Shown here: in pieces, positions 25,401 to 38,941 of the stretch
Layout of the letters: each line of letters begins with the position of its first letter
Position numbering within the stretch: position 1 is the stretch's first letter
Assembly (NCBI GenBank): GCA_016748015.1
Contig: JAAOMT010000518.1
Span: forward strand, 1-64,000
Source: Geosiphon pyriformis uo1
Lineage: Eukaryota; Fungi; Glomeromycota
Length of the DNA: 64,000 nucleotides
Reading direction: 5' to 3'
The notes under the pieces: model-generated
Databases searched by the model: none
What the model saw: the letters and a program-made list of their open reading frames with translations, nothing else
What the model was told of the DNA's origin: nothing
Position numbers and translations under genes: made by a program

Positions 25401-26439
25401 AATATTTAAATAACTAATGAATATTTTAAAACTACAATCTTTCTTTGGACTAATTTAAAAATGTCATCAACTTTAAATTCTACTACTCTAAACACTATGG
25501 TCTTTGCTTTATTTAATCAAAAAATTTTGTTTTTTTCTTGACCATCATACTTTAATCTTTAAAATACTCTATTAATTTTGTTAGGAATTACTTGTTCTAA
25601 GCATAAAACATTAAATTTCTTTCTCAGCCTTCCTAAAGTACTCTCTTATATTAATAACCATAAAATAAAAGCTGGCCACTCATTCAGTCAACAACCTCTC
25701 TAATGTAAATAGAAAATAAAAAATAGAAATTACACATTAACAAGTCAGACTCTCTTGGCCTTTACCAGAATTAAATAACGATTACATGATAAAGCAATTT
25801 AAAATTAGATCAGCATTAAAAACTCTTATTTTACTGTTAAAATATCCGATTTTTATAACTAAAATCGGTTTTGAATCATGCAACAAAACCTCTTATATAA
25901 ACCACTAATACATTGATAATTTTAGACACATTAAAATCAAATTCAACTTAAAAGACTGGTTCATAACCTAGACCTACTCTTCATTTTATACACTTAATAC
26001 TTGTTGTCTAGTACTATTTATTAAAGCTAAGATTATACATCAAAACATCAAAACTTCTAAACTAGGTTTTTCCATTAAAAAAAACATTTCAAGATATACA
26101 GTACTAGCATAAACTTGTGTGAATTTTGGGTTTTTTTTCAAAAAGAATCTAATAGTTTTGTTACAAGTTGACAAGACAATTTTTTTTACAACAAATTTAG
26201 AAAGGAGAGGAAATGAACCTAAAAAAAATTTGAGCTTCATTTTCTTTACTATTTAGGTATGAAGACAACCAAAAGTAAACAAACTATTAAAAAATCCTCA
26301 TGTTAATGTCAAAAAGTTCTTTTGATTGCTAAATTAAAGGATAAAATTAGCACAGTGAGTTAAAAAATGTGGAAAATTTATATTTTCTTTCAATTAAATT
26401 TACTCTCATAAGTTTTATTAAAATCAATTTAAAAATAAA

Positions 26440-26830
26440 AAAAGCCAATAGTGAAGATCTAAAGCATCCCAACAATAGCTGAATTACTTGATTGGGCTTT
26501 TAGTTCAATACAAAACTTGAAAGAATTAGAAAAAAAGTAAATATTTGCTAAATTGATTTCTAGTTTCACCTTTAGAACTTGTTAAAGTTTATGTGTATTG
26601 TTTTTTTATTAGCCAAGATTTTGTTGCCAAATTAGCCCATCAAGAAGTAAAAGTTTTTAATGTGGCACTAGAAGAAAAATGAGAGACAAAACAAAGAAAT
26701 CTGCAGAAAAAAAATACTCTATCCGAGATGACCAAAAAAGAGATTTGAAAAGATGGCATGAAAATTTATTTTAAATTACAAAACAGGTCGGACCAAAATT
26801 TTACAGGATCTAAATTTATTCCTAAAATCT
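26440..26830 (+). pseudogene. Possible MATA-type HMG-box gene remnant
   Basis: LKHPNNS*IT*L... then an intron, then QDFVAKLAHQE...FTGSKFIPK, resembling KRP.N.WI / ISK.A..EW / PGYKF.P. Stops fall at former Trp codons. Confidence 0.4.
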
Positions 26831-29800
26831 AGTTTGATTTGAAAGAAGAAGAAATAGAAAATCAAGTGAATAGCAAAGCAGCTATATGGTTGAAATGTGA
26901 TGAAAGTTTCCAACAAGATGACTCTTCTATCAAGCTTCAACTATTAAGGTTGTCTTAAACTGAAATAAAACTTGAGACTCAAAGAAATAAAATAAATATG
27001 AAAAAAAAACATTATCAATTTGAACAAAAATTTAATTCAGATTAAACAGTCTTAGAAGGCATTAGCCTTTTATCATTATTTGTGTATCATGAAGAAGTAA
27101 CTAAGATTAATAATGTGAACATTAATTTTTTGATTCCACATATTTCCTCTCAACTATTATTTAAAGTAAAACAAGAGAATACAAAATTAAACTGCATAAT
27201 AGGGCTTTCATATGAAGACAAGCAAGAAGAAATTAAGCCAGATATCCAAATAAAAGAAGAGTTTAATAAGAACCAAACAACTTTAAATTTTGATATTCAA
27301 CACAAATCACAACCTAAAAAAGAAAATATAGCAATAATTAGCTCTAATGAAATTTTGTCATTTCATAATTTTTCGACAGACTACAATAAGAAAATAAAGT
27401 TTATATATCTAACATTATATCCAAAAGCTTATCACATTGTTGTAAACACATCTAATCTGAAACAAAAAAGCATTGAAACAATTAGCCCTTCTAGAATGCT
27501 TTTATTGTCTATTACAACAAATAAGTTCAAATCAGAATATATAAAACAAAGATATCTGGAACCTTTTTAATTCATTTTAAAAAAAAACAAGAAACTCAGC
27601 AAATGATTGATGACAATCAAGATAATATTGCTTATGTATCAAATGAAACAGAAAATTTTGTAACATCAATCAAGTGAGGGCTTCTTTTGATTCTTTCTCT
27701 CCAAAAGAATCATTTAAACATTTACATATCTCTATTACACAATATTTACTAGTAACCTCTCGACCAGATCCTAGCAAACCAAGCATTTGAACTCGTACTA
27801 TTCAAATCCCAAGCTGACTTAATTCAGAAATGGAAAAGATATGAACACCTGAACAATGATGTTGTTTGAATGATTATTTATTTATTATATCAACTTGTGT
27901 TACATAAAAAAACCAAGCATTGATAATTTTAAAGAAATAACCAGAGAACTTTTCAGTAATTCAACTTCAAAACTAGGATGGACACAGATCAAAAGTTATT
28001 ATAAAGGTAAAAAACCGTTAGTACAGGATTTTGCTATTTGTGCCATCTGCCAATGGGTTGAGGAAAAAAGAAAAAAGAGAGAACTTTCAATGATTGATTG
28101 CAAGTAATTTTATTTCTTAAAGTGAAACTAGCATATTATTTGTCTTCTAGATTATTATAAATTCTCAAAAAATATAGACATTTTATTTTCTTGTTAACTC
28201 TTAGCAATATCATATTGGACTATGGATTATATCTGAAAATTTTGTTTTATTTGCTAAGTTACAACAGATTTGTAATCAGGGTTCTTAAAATAAAATGTTC
28301 AAATCAAGTTTCAAACTTCGTTTATAATGGGCTCCTAAATAATAAAACTTTATGTGAACAAATCAAATAAAGCTGTTCGTAAACACCAAAAAAATTTTCC
28401 TGAATTTTCAATATAAATAGACAAATATGAGAAAATGGCTCCAGCCTTTAATCGCCCCTCTTTTTTTTGTTTCACCATATCTCAAAGCCTGAAACATATT
28501 CATATTTTTTATAATTCTGAAATTTTATGTTTTGCTGCATCTAACTCATTTTTAAAAAAATGATCTTCTGTTATACTTTAGTCCATGTATAAAGATTATA
28601 ATTGATGTTTTTGTATTAACACTCTTACTTTTACAGAATTGTCTGGCATTTAATAAAACATTTGAACATAAGAGCTGTAACTTGCTTAAAGAGGTTTAAA
28701 CTAATAAATATCTAAATATAATCAAAATCAAATTATTGATATTAACATTCACTATATATGAATCATTATATTGGATAGAAATTTTCATTGTCTTTGTTAC
28801 TAATTTTGGAAACACATTTTCTCATAATTGCTTGAAAATTGCCTTTTTATTTACCAGCTTTTTTTTTAATTCTATTTATTAATCAAAAAATTGGTTAATT
28901 TCCAAAGCACCACGAACGTTGTTTTACAGATTGCATAAAAATTCAAGTTTATGAAATTATCTAATATTATCAAAAATAATTAATAGATGGCTGATTACAA
29001 TTCAACTTGTCATAAACAATAGGTATTAATTTTAGTTAAAATCACATTGAGAAAACACAACATCATTTTTGAAATTTATGATTATATTAGTAAAATGTGA
29101 GTCTATATAAAAGTTTTATGTTTTATTTCTCGTAACAGTAATGAATTCAAATACGCTTTTAAATTATTGATATTGTTTTGTAATTCGTAATATTGTATTT
29201 ATTTATTTTTCATTTGTGTTAATTAATCGGAAGTTAGTGTTTTCAACATACTAGCACTAAATATTTGTTACAAAAAGATCTAAAGAGTTTTTTTAATGAT
29301 ATTGAATCAAGCTTTTAGAAAAGTAATTTGTTAAGAAATTTCCCTGCAAGAATATATCTAAATACCGGTAATTAGAGACAAAATTTATGTTTTATTAAAA
29401 TTACGCCAAAATGATAATTATTGACTGGTAGTTTAATTAAATTTTGACATATCAAAAATGTAATAAATATTATACATTGGTTATTTCAAAGCATATGGAT
29501 TTAAAACATTTTTTTTAAAAGAATATTTTGAAATGAAAAAATAATCAAGAAAATACAATGGACCAACAAATAATACAATTTCGGGGGATTCTAATTCCAA
29601 AGATGCTTAGAAATTTTGACTGGTTAATTACTAATCCTGGGTTAAGAACCAAAATTACAAATTACGTTTTCAGGATGACAAATGTTAATAGCCGGGGAAT
29701 TATGGATGAATTATCCTCAAAAAGGGAATGTACTTGTGATACAAGGATTCAAAGATTACCGATCAGTTAAGTATAAATAACTCAGTCTGAATACAAACTT

Positions 29801-29960
29801 TGAATTTTTTCGTTACAATTAACGAAAGCCTTTTAAAACTCGCTCAATCTATTAAGCACTCTAATAAAGAAAAATAATCCAAAATCTTGTTCCGTTTAAA
29901 ATCTCATCCTTTTTCTATAGCTAAATTTCAACTTCTATCTTCTCACCATAAAAACTTGAA

Positions 29961-30829
29961 ATGCCTGCAAAACTTGTTCTTCGTCATTCCGAGGACCGTG
30001 GCTATGCAAATCATGGATGGTTAGATACTCATCATACATTTTCGTTCGCCAACTATTATCATCCCAATTTCCAAGGTTTCGGGTCATTGAAAGTAATCAA
30101 TGAAGATATTGTGGCACCGACCAAAGGATTCGGGACACATTCACATCGTGAATTTGAGATTTTTTCCTACATCATTTCGGGAGAGTTGGAGCATCGTGAT
30201 TGTGAGTTTTTTATCGGAATCTTTCATTGGAAACTGATGAGCATAAAAAACCCAAATTATCAATATTTTAATACTTTCTTTTTTTTTCTAAATAATTTAT
30301 AGCAATGGGAAATATAGAAATACTAAAACGTGGCGATGTTCAATTCACATCTGCCGGCACAGGAATCTCTCACTCGGAATACAACATACATAAAACACTT
30401 CCAGTTCATTTTCTTCAAATTTGGGTAAAACCAGACATTTCTAAGCTCAAACCAAAATATCATACAAAACGATTTTCTGATATTCAAAAAAAGAATTCTC
30501 TTGTTCATTTGATTTCGCCTATCGTTACCGGTGCTTTAGTAAAAAAAGAAAATGATTCCACTATTGGAATCCATTCTGATTTTCATATGTTTGCTAGCAT
30601 CTTAGAACCTGGTAAAAATGTCAAGCATACCGTTCAAGGGGAAAACGATAAAATGAGAAGGTTATATCTTCATCTAACTAATACCGATGGACAAGTAAAA
30701 ATTAATGGAAACGAGACGTTAAATGAGGGTGATGGGGTATTTATCACTGATGTAAAATCTGGAGAACAGGTCTCAATTGAGAGTAGTGGGGAAAAGAATG
30801 CTGAATTTGTGCTATTTGATTTAGCTTAA
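29961..30829 (+). CDS. Pirin family bicupin (YhhW/quercetin 2,3-dioxygenase-like), 255 aa, join(29961..30201,30303..30829)
   Basis: RGYANHGWLDTHHTFSFANYY, GFGTHSHREFEI, HRDSMGN (restored by splicing a 101-nt GTGAGT...TAG intron), AGTGISHSEYN and LQIW. Metal ligands His/His/His/Glu are intact and there are no disruptions. Confidence 0.95.
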
Positions 30830-31066
30830 TTTCAAGTTTAAAATAATAAATAATAACATTCAGTATTTTAATAAAAATTCTTTTTAAGTAGCTACTAAAT
30901 TTTATTAATTAAATTTTTTTATAGGGGTTTCTTAGCATAGATTATGTTTTCTTAGTGATGAAAATAATTAGGTTTAAATAAATTTTAATGAAAATTCTTT
31001 CCTTTAAATACTTATAAAAAAAGAATTTGAAAAATTCACAGCCCCATTTGATGAAATATTTAACTA

Positions 31067-32465
31067 TAGAGGGTGTCCAAAAGTTTCCGAACAAGATTTT
31101 ATTTAACAATAATATTTATTTTTTTATAAAATAAAACAAAATAAACAACATATTTATAATTTTATAGTAATTTTCTAAATTTTCTATTAAGCTTTTAATA
31201 CTTTTTTGGTCCTCCTTGCGCTATAATTACTGCTTGAATACGTCGAGGCATACTATCAACTAATTTTATAATCGTTGATTTTTCAAGCTTCTTTAACATA
31301 CTTATCAAGTTTTTTAAGAGTAGTTGGCGGTTTTTCTTTTTTACAAATATTACATTTTACTATAGCCCATAAATTTTCAATTGGATTGAGATCTGGACTT
31401 TGAGGAGGCAAAGAAAGAATACGTAACTTGTTTTTGCTATGAAATTCTTTGGCAGTTTTTGATCGATGAGGGGTAGCATTATCTTCTTGAAACCATCCAT
31501 TGTTTTTAGAAAACATTGTAAAGTTGGTAAGGCATAATGGTTAAGAATTTTAACATGTCTAGTACCATTTACTGTTTGATATAATAGTACAATTGGTCCA
31601 ATGTTTTGTCATGAAAAACAAGCCCAATACATTCAACTTGGACTATGTTTGACTGTTGCTGATACACAAGACAATTGCCATTCTTCAGATGGTTCACACC
31701 ATATTTTACTAGACCGATTGTGTTGAAATTGAGAGAAAGTTGATTCATCACTCCATAATACTCTTGCCCATTTTCGATTTGTCCAATTTTGATGTTTAAT
31801 ACACCAAGCAAGACGTGCTGCTATATTTGCTGGTGAGATTAAAGGTTTCCTTCTTGCATAACAATTTCGTAATCCAACCGATTTAAGAGCACGCCGAAGA
31901 GTTCTAAGAGAAATAGTTTGCTTTGTTTTTCGTTTCCAAAGAGTTCATATATTTGCAATACATAAATGACAATTTTTTCCATTAAGTGTTACTAAATGTT
32001 TAAGTCGGCGATATTTTTGGTGAGTAAATAAATGTGGACGTCTTGAACAAGGTCTTGAATCAATTGAACCAGTTTTTTTAAATCGTTTTATTGTATCCGA
32101 AACTGTTGTCAAGCTGCAATTGACTATGTTGGCAATATCATGATATTTCTTGCCATGCTGTTGTAATAAGCATATAGTATTATGTTGAGCAATCGTTAAT
32201 TCTTTTTTTGCTCCCATTTCGTTTTAATAAAACAATGAAAAAATCGTATATGCGCGTTACATTTCATTTTTATAAAAAAACGAGTATGAATAAAATCTTA
32301 TATGCGCGTCGCGAAAAAACATTATACACGCGTGTTTAAAAAATAAAAAACACGTAATTAAATAATTAACTAAATTAATTTAGTAATAAACTCATGCTTT
32401 TCTAATTATTCAAGCATGTGAAATGTTACTCCAAAGTTTGTTCGAAAACTTTTGAACACCCTCTG
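31067..32465 (-). mobile_element. Tc1/mariner (DD34E) DNA transposon, 1399 bp
   Basis: 27-bp TIRs TAGAGGGTGTCCAAAAGTTTCCGAACA and reverse-complement CAGAGGGTGTTCAAAAGTTTTCGAACA (3 transitions apart). TA TSD at 31065-31066 and 32466-32467. Confidence 0.95.
31195..32217 (-). pseudogene. Tc1 transposase, disrupted
   Basis: HTH N-terminus, WSDES, QEDNATPH, SPDLNPIENLW with exactly 34 residues between D and E, and SMPRRIQAVI. Contains several TGA stops and frameshifts. Confidence 0.93.
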
Positions 32466-32829
32466 TATTTTGGGAAAGATTTAGTTTTTATTTTTTCTTT
32501 GGACTTGCAATAGTAGATAATTATTTTTATTGATATAACAACTTTTATTTCAATCAAATTACATTGAAATTGTAAGTTAATATTTTTCATTTTCCTCTTT
32601 CACTCACTCGCCGTGCTTGCTATTTTGAGGTTTTCTTGAAATTTTTTATGCATAAATGATTCCATATTTCCTTTTTTTAAGATTATAAAAATGCATTTAT
32701 TATCAATCAACTTTAAGAATTGTTATGTTTAGGGCAAAATATCTTAGGTTGATTTAATATTTTTTCTCTCTTTTTTCTAAGATATGAACCTAAAATAAAA
32801 CTAGTAATTATTCATTAAAAAAAATTTTT

Positions 32830-33760
32830 TGTGTTTCTAATATGCTAACTGACAATAAATGAAGTTTCAAGTCATTTATTTTAATAGTAAAAAAGAAAGC
32901 TTTATTGAAATCCAAAATGAAATTTACTTGGCTTTCTTTTTTGCTCTTTTAGGTATGAAGAATTTAATTGTTAGTTTGTCTATTTCTTAATTATTATTAG
33001 GTATATTAAATCTATACAAAAGGTTTTTTTCTAATTGGTTTGTATTTTCACTCTTTAAAAGTGTGTTTACCAGTTTACAGACTGATAAATGGTTGCTTTA
33101 ATTAAGAAATTCTCTCTAAAAAAATTAATATAAGCTTAATTGGTTCTGTTATTGAAAGCATTATTGTCATAATTATTATTGTTTTGGTTGCCATTATTTT
33201 TAGAGACTGTTAAATAAAATAGCATTGTTATAAACTCTTAAATAATATCCAGTTATTTTACAGTAATACTATAAAAATAAACTATAATTTTGCTGTTTTT
33301 GGTTATATAATAATTGCTAAAGTTAACAAAAATATAGCTTATATTTAGATTTTTAAGATTGCTAGTTTTTTCAGATTATTTAAGCCAATAAGTCTAATAA
33401 CCAGACTAGATTAACAATAAGTTTATTAAATTATTGTTTATTGGAATTAAAAATTTGGGCTACAAAAAAAATTGTTATTTAAAATGCTAAACAAAAATAA
33501 AAAAAATACAAATAATAAAAGAATATTTTTTAAGTGCATTTTTTGATTACTTATATAAGTGTTTTCAAAATAAGTTTGATTAAAGAAATATATTAAATAG
33601 ATATATAGAATTCAAGTTAAATGGTTGTTTAAAATTAGATCTAAGAGTTTTAAAATTATCTATTGGATTAATTTTTAACAAAAAAACAAATTAAGTAAAA
33701 GAAAGAAATTAAGTTTACAATAATTTAAGTTATTTTTATTATATATATAAAGTATTCTTT
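32830..33760 (-). mobile_element. Eroded Gypsy gag fragment on the minus strand
   Basis: The reverse complement of about 33385-33475 aligns with gag at 12140-12225 and 24560-24650. Boundaries are approximate. Confidence 0.65.
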
Positions 33761-34935
33761 TAATTATTATAACAAATATAAATAATTAATTATACAGTAA
33801 TGAACAAAGTAGATTTTAATAATTTTATAAAAAACACGACTTTTATATTTAATTAAATGCTAAGTATTTCAAAAGAAATTCGATTATTTTTATTATAACT
33901 AGATAATATTTTAGACTAAATTTTAACACAAGTTACACCATAGATTGTTTTTAAAAATAAAATTTTTGCAAAAATAACAAAAATCGATTTGTAATTCAAA
34001 ATTCATTTAATAAATTACAAGAATTGTTTAGAAAGACATTTGAATAAAAAAAGTTTATCCATGTGGTTTTTAAAAATTATAGTTTAAATTTTGAAAAAGG
34101 GGTTTTCCTCATTAAAATAAACCAAGTGTGACAAAAAAATGGCTCCATTTTATATGTGATTAATAATATTAAAAAACAATAAATAAACTTTCTGCTTAAA
34201 ATGAAAGAATATATTTACATGACATACAAGAAAGTTAAATTTATTTTATTTTATTTTAGAAAGTTTTTTTTAGAATTTATTTCAAAAAAACTTTTTTGAA
34301 TATTATCTATCTTACAAATTGGTATTTTTACCATTATATTAGTTTATATATATTTAAAAGTTTTTGTAATCTGGCTTACATTTAAAAAATTAAATTTGGC
34401 TAATTCAATATTTTTGTAGAAAACTGTTATAATATCCAAGTTAGTTATTATATATTTCTTATTTATGATTATTTCCATAAAATTTCACACTTACAATTTT
34501 CTAATTTTAGATGAAATGATATTTTGAAAACATTTACATGTTGAAAACAGAAATGAGTATAAGCATTCTAAAATAGTTAATAATATATAAGTCATTTATT
34601 TAGGTTTGTACTTTGATTTGAAATAAGATCTTGACTTTATAGTGGCTTTTAAAATTCATTTCATGGTAGTACAACAATATAATATACAATAAATCTGAAA
34701 TAATTTATACTAAAATAACCCATAACCTGTGATAAGTCATAGTATTTTAAATCTACCAATTTGGTAATTAAAAAATTTCTATATTTATAATTTATATCTG
34801 TAATATTTAATAACCCATAACTTTTAATTATCAGTATGAATTATTTCAGATGCTAGATTTAGTTTAAATTCTGCTAATTTTGATAAAATTGCAATAAAGC
34901 AAACCAATATTTTCATAAATAAAAATATTATATAA

Positions 34936-35811
34936 TAGAACTTGAAACAATTTGTAACTCTGACTTGATTATTCACAAGATTAGTAATAATTTAAAACTT
35001 AAAACAATTCAAAACTTTAACTTAATTACTTATATAATCAATAATAATTTAGAACTTAAGACAATTTAAAACTCTGACTTGATTATTCACAAGATTAGTA
35101 ATAATTTAAAACTTCAAACAATTCAAAACTTTGACTTGATTACTCATACAATCAATGATAATTTAGAACTTAAAACAATTCAAAACTCCGACTTGATTAC
35201 TTATACAATTGATAATAATTTAAAACTTGGGATAATTTAAAACTATAACTTAATTACTCACAAGATTAGTAATAATTTAAAACTTAGAACAATTCAAAAT
35301 TTCAACTTGATTACTCACACAATTGATAATAATTTAAAACTTAGGACAATTCGAAACTTCAATTTGATTATTTACATGATTAATAATTATTCTGTTAAAT
35401 AAGTAATATTACATTATAAATTATTATTGATTGTATAAATAATCAAGTCAGAGTTTTGAATTGTTCCAAGTTCTAAATTATCATCAATTGTATAAGTAAT
35501 CAAATCAGAGTTTCGAATTGTCCTAAGCTTTAAATTATCATTAATTGTATAAGTAATCAAGTCAGAGTTTCAAACTGTCCTAAGTTCTAAAATATTATTA
35601 ATTGTATGAATAATCAAGTCAGAGTTTCAAATTGTTCCAAGTTCTAAATTATCATCAATTATATGAGTAATTAAGTTAGAGTTTCAAATTGTTTCAAGCT
35701 CTAAATTATCATTGATTATATAAGTAATTAAATTAAAGTTTTGAATTGTTTCAAGTTTTAAATTATTATCAATTATGTGAGTAATCAAATCAAATTTTTG
35801 GATTAGTTCTA
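34936..35811. repeat. Converging inverted arrays of a 57-bp unit (8 forward + about 7 reverse copies, about 27-bp spacer)
   Basis: Unit TAGAACTTRRGACAATTCRAAACTCYGACTTGATTACTCAYA...ATAATT at 34936, 34993, 35050 and onward to about 35390; reverse-complement copies at 35418-35811. Confidence 0.93.
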
Positions 35812-38099
35812 TCTAATTAGAGTCTTAATTGTATTTTTTTTTGTTTTTTGATTTTACTATGTTTAATAGCAAAAAATATGTTATCTTTTTAACTTGCATT
35901 CTACAAAGTCATAAGAACATTACACTTCATAATAAGCTTATAGTGCTTGATTAATATTATACAAATAATAAAAACCAATCAAAAACTGCAAGACACTTTA
36001 AGAAAAACAGTATTTTATATATAAAACAGCCTCTAGTTTCAGCTTAAATCAAAAATAAACCAAATTTTTATTCATGAGCAAATACAATACGTGACTTGAA
36101 TAACAAGTATATATGTATAATATGTAATCCTAACTTTGATAAAACACTTGTTATTTTTGTCTAAGAGGCAAAATTGCATAAAATAATACTTACTGGAGAT
36201 ATAATTCGAACTGTTAACATAAAGTTCTATGATTAATTAAATATTCCAGAAAATAAGTGCTAAAAACTATCCAATAGCTGGCTTAAGAGCTTTAAAAACC
36301 ATGTTGAATTGTATTTACTTCAATTTTATTGTAAGTATTATTAACCAAAGTTAAGCATAATAAAAATAGTGAGTATATATAATAATACTTCTTGCTAATT
36401 ATAAGTTATGAAATATTTTCAACATAAATAAAACTGCACTATTTTATACCATATTACCAAATCAAAATTTTGCTACAATACTATATCATAGTACCAAACA
36501 ATCAAAAGTGTAACTGACACTTGTTTTTACAATTAATGTTAATAAAACTGAGTGTTTGCTATTACTTATTATTGGTTATGCTAAACATTCATGTTGTTTT
36601 CAAAAGAAAACAGAAGAGCAACTTGGTTTTCAGTATTATTTAAATACTCATATTTAAATGACTATATTTTTTGACAATAGCTTGTTGATTAAAACTATTA
36701 GCTACATAAAAAAAACCAAAACATATTGTTATTAGTAGACAATTTTGCTAATAACAATTATGATATAAGATCTATTATAAATATTTATATATATTTAATT
36801 TGACAGCATATATTCAGTTTATAGATGCTAGAATTATTTATTGTTTTAAAGCATATTACTGTCATCATTTTTTTTATTATGTATTGAATTTTTTTGATGA
36901 TAGTACTAATAATATTTATATAATTAACTAATTTTAAACAATGTATTTAATTTATAAAACATAAAAAAATGTTTTAAATAAAATAATTGCTTATTGCTAA
37001 TATAAAATTGATATTTTTTTAATTAATACAAATAACAACTTTTAGAATAAAACTGTAAACTTGAAAATAATAGCTAATTATAATCAAAAAATAGTATTAA
37101 AAAAAATTAAGAATTGCTACAAAAAATTTAATTACATATAGCCAAATTATATATACTTATCAATTAAAAAGTTGGTAAATCTATTTGAAAAAAACAATAC
37201 AATTACTTTGAAATATCTAGATAATAATGAGATTACAAATTATAACAAATTGTAAAACAAAACATAATAGCTTTAATAAAAAACAAAAAATACAGAAAGT
37301 AATGAGTATTAAAAATATATTAACTGCTATTACAAATTTTAAACAGTTTATAGAGCTTAAAAATAGCAAGAAATTTTATAATACAATTAATAAATTTGTT
37401 TATATTAAATATATATTTTATAATAGAATACAAAATAAATAAAAACAAACAACTTTATAAGTTTTTTAATATTGTATGAACTATTTAAAGATTTTTATAA
37501 AAATATGCAAATAAATTTATTTTTAATAATATTATATTTATTTTTATTATATATATACTATATATACTTAAATTTAAGAAAACCATAACTTGTAATAACT
37601 CATAATATTTTGTATTTACTAAGAATATAAGTTATTTTAGGTTTGATTATATTAATTAATTTCTTATAATTAGTATTAATTTATTTCATTTTTATGTTTA
37701 TATTTAATTTTTTTTATTAATTAAATAATTTATTGTTTTGTAATTTTTATATAGTTATAATATAAATTTTATTAATTTTTTGAATTTATTATTAAAAATA
37801 ATATAATTATAAAATTGTAATAATAAAATAAATATTTTTATTACTATAAATATATTAATAATAATATATTTTTATAAATAAATATAAAAAAATATAAAAA
37901 AATTAATAATTTTATTATAATTTTTATTTACAATAATAACAAAATAGTTAATATTTTAAAAAATAATTAAATTTTTGTTTTAAATTTATTATGATATACT
38001 TTTCACAATAATATATAAATTAAATATTCAAATATATAATAATTAATTTAAAATTATTTAAACTCTTTTTTTCTTTTAATTTTATAATTACAATTAAAA

Positions 38100-38815
38100 T
38101 AAAAAAATAATTAAACAAAATATTTTTTAAATAATTTTTTTAAATATTAATAGTAAAAAGCTGTTTTTAATAATTTTAAAATATTTTTTTTATTTTTAAT
38201 TAATAGTTTTTTTAGTTAAAGTTTTTTTCAAAAAATATATTAAGATAAATTTCAGTATTGTTTTTATCTTTTCTAAAAGCTCTAAAGTTTTTAATAATAA
38301 GTCAATTAACAAGTTAAATTTTTCTGTTTTTATTATTATTACTATTTTTATTTTTTTTAAATATAATCAAAAAATCCAAAAAATAACAGTAATTATTCAT
38401 ATTTGTTATTGTTACAACAAATTTTTTTGTGATTTTAAATAGAATTTTAAAAAAAATATTTTAATAAAAATTAACTTTTTTTAATATAAATAATAACAAT
38501 AATAGTATATCTTTCAAAACAAATTAAGATTATTAGTTATATAATCAAATATAATATTATTTAATAAATTATTACCAGTTTTAAAAACAAAACAAATATA
38601 TTTTTAAATATATTTTTAACTAATTAGTTCTTGTTAAGTTTTTGTTTAATTTGCTGTTTGGTTTTATTAAACTTAAATTAGTTTTAAAAAACAATATTAA
38701 ATTATTTTATATAAATTTTGCTTTTAAAATTTCTTTGATTGCTGTTATTAAATTTTTCATTAAAGATTTTTCTTTAATTATGTTTAAAATTACAAAATAC
38801 AAAATAGTTATAATT
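38100..38815 (+). mobile_element. Old AT-eroded LINE ORF1 remnant; continues at 45688-46089 and about 49351-49860
   Basis: Eroded ORF1-like phrases resume across both insertions, e.g. FGVITLIKLKFINL**YTIVYF at about 45715, comparable to FGKIVLIKIQLISL*QKALV in the younger ORF1. Confidence 0.5.
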
Positions 38816-38941
38816 CATCTTTTTCTTGTCAATCTCCTGACCATGACAAGAGCATTTGTACTGCCAAAGATTTAGCTTTTTCTTTCTCCTTCCCTTTTGT
38901 TATCTTTAGTTATTTCTTTCAATATACCTATTTTTGTTGCA

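Noticed and set aside
25450-28380. ORFs at 26040-26240, 27082-27570 and 27895-28107 as functional genes
   Set aside because: They are embedded in stop-ridden, CpG-depleted frames and have no identifiable domain apart from the tentative HMG box.
30202-30302. Two separate pirin ORFs (113 and 174 aa)
   Set aside because: They are two exons of one gene; the tail of the first ORF is intron.
35812-38100. Possible transposase remnant and AT-rich ORFs (37227-37442; also 49615-50243)
   Set aside because: Too eroded to assign; the K/N/I/F-rich translations reflect base composition.
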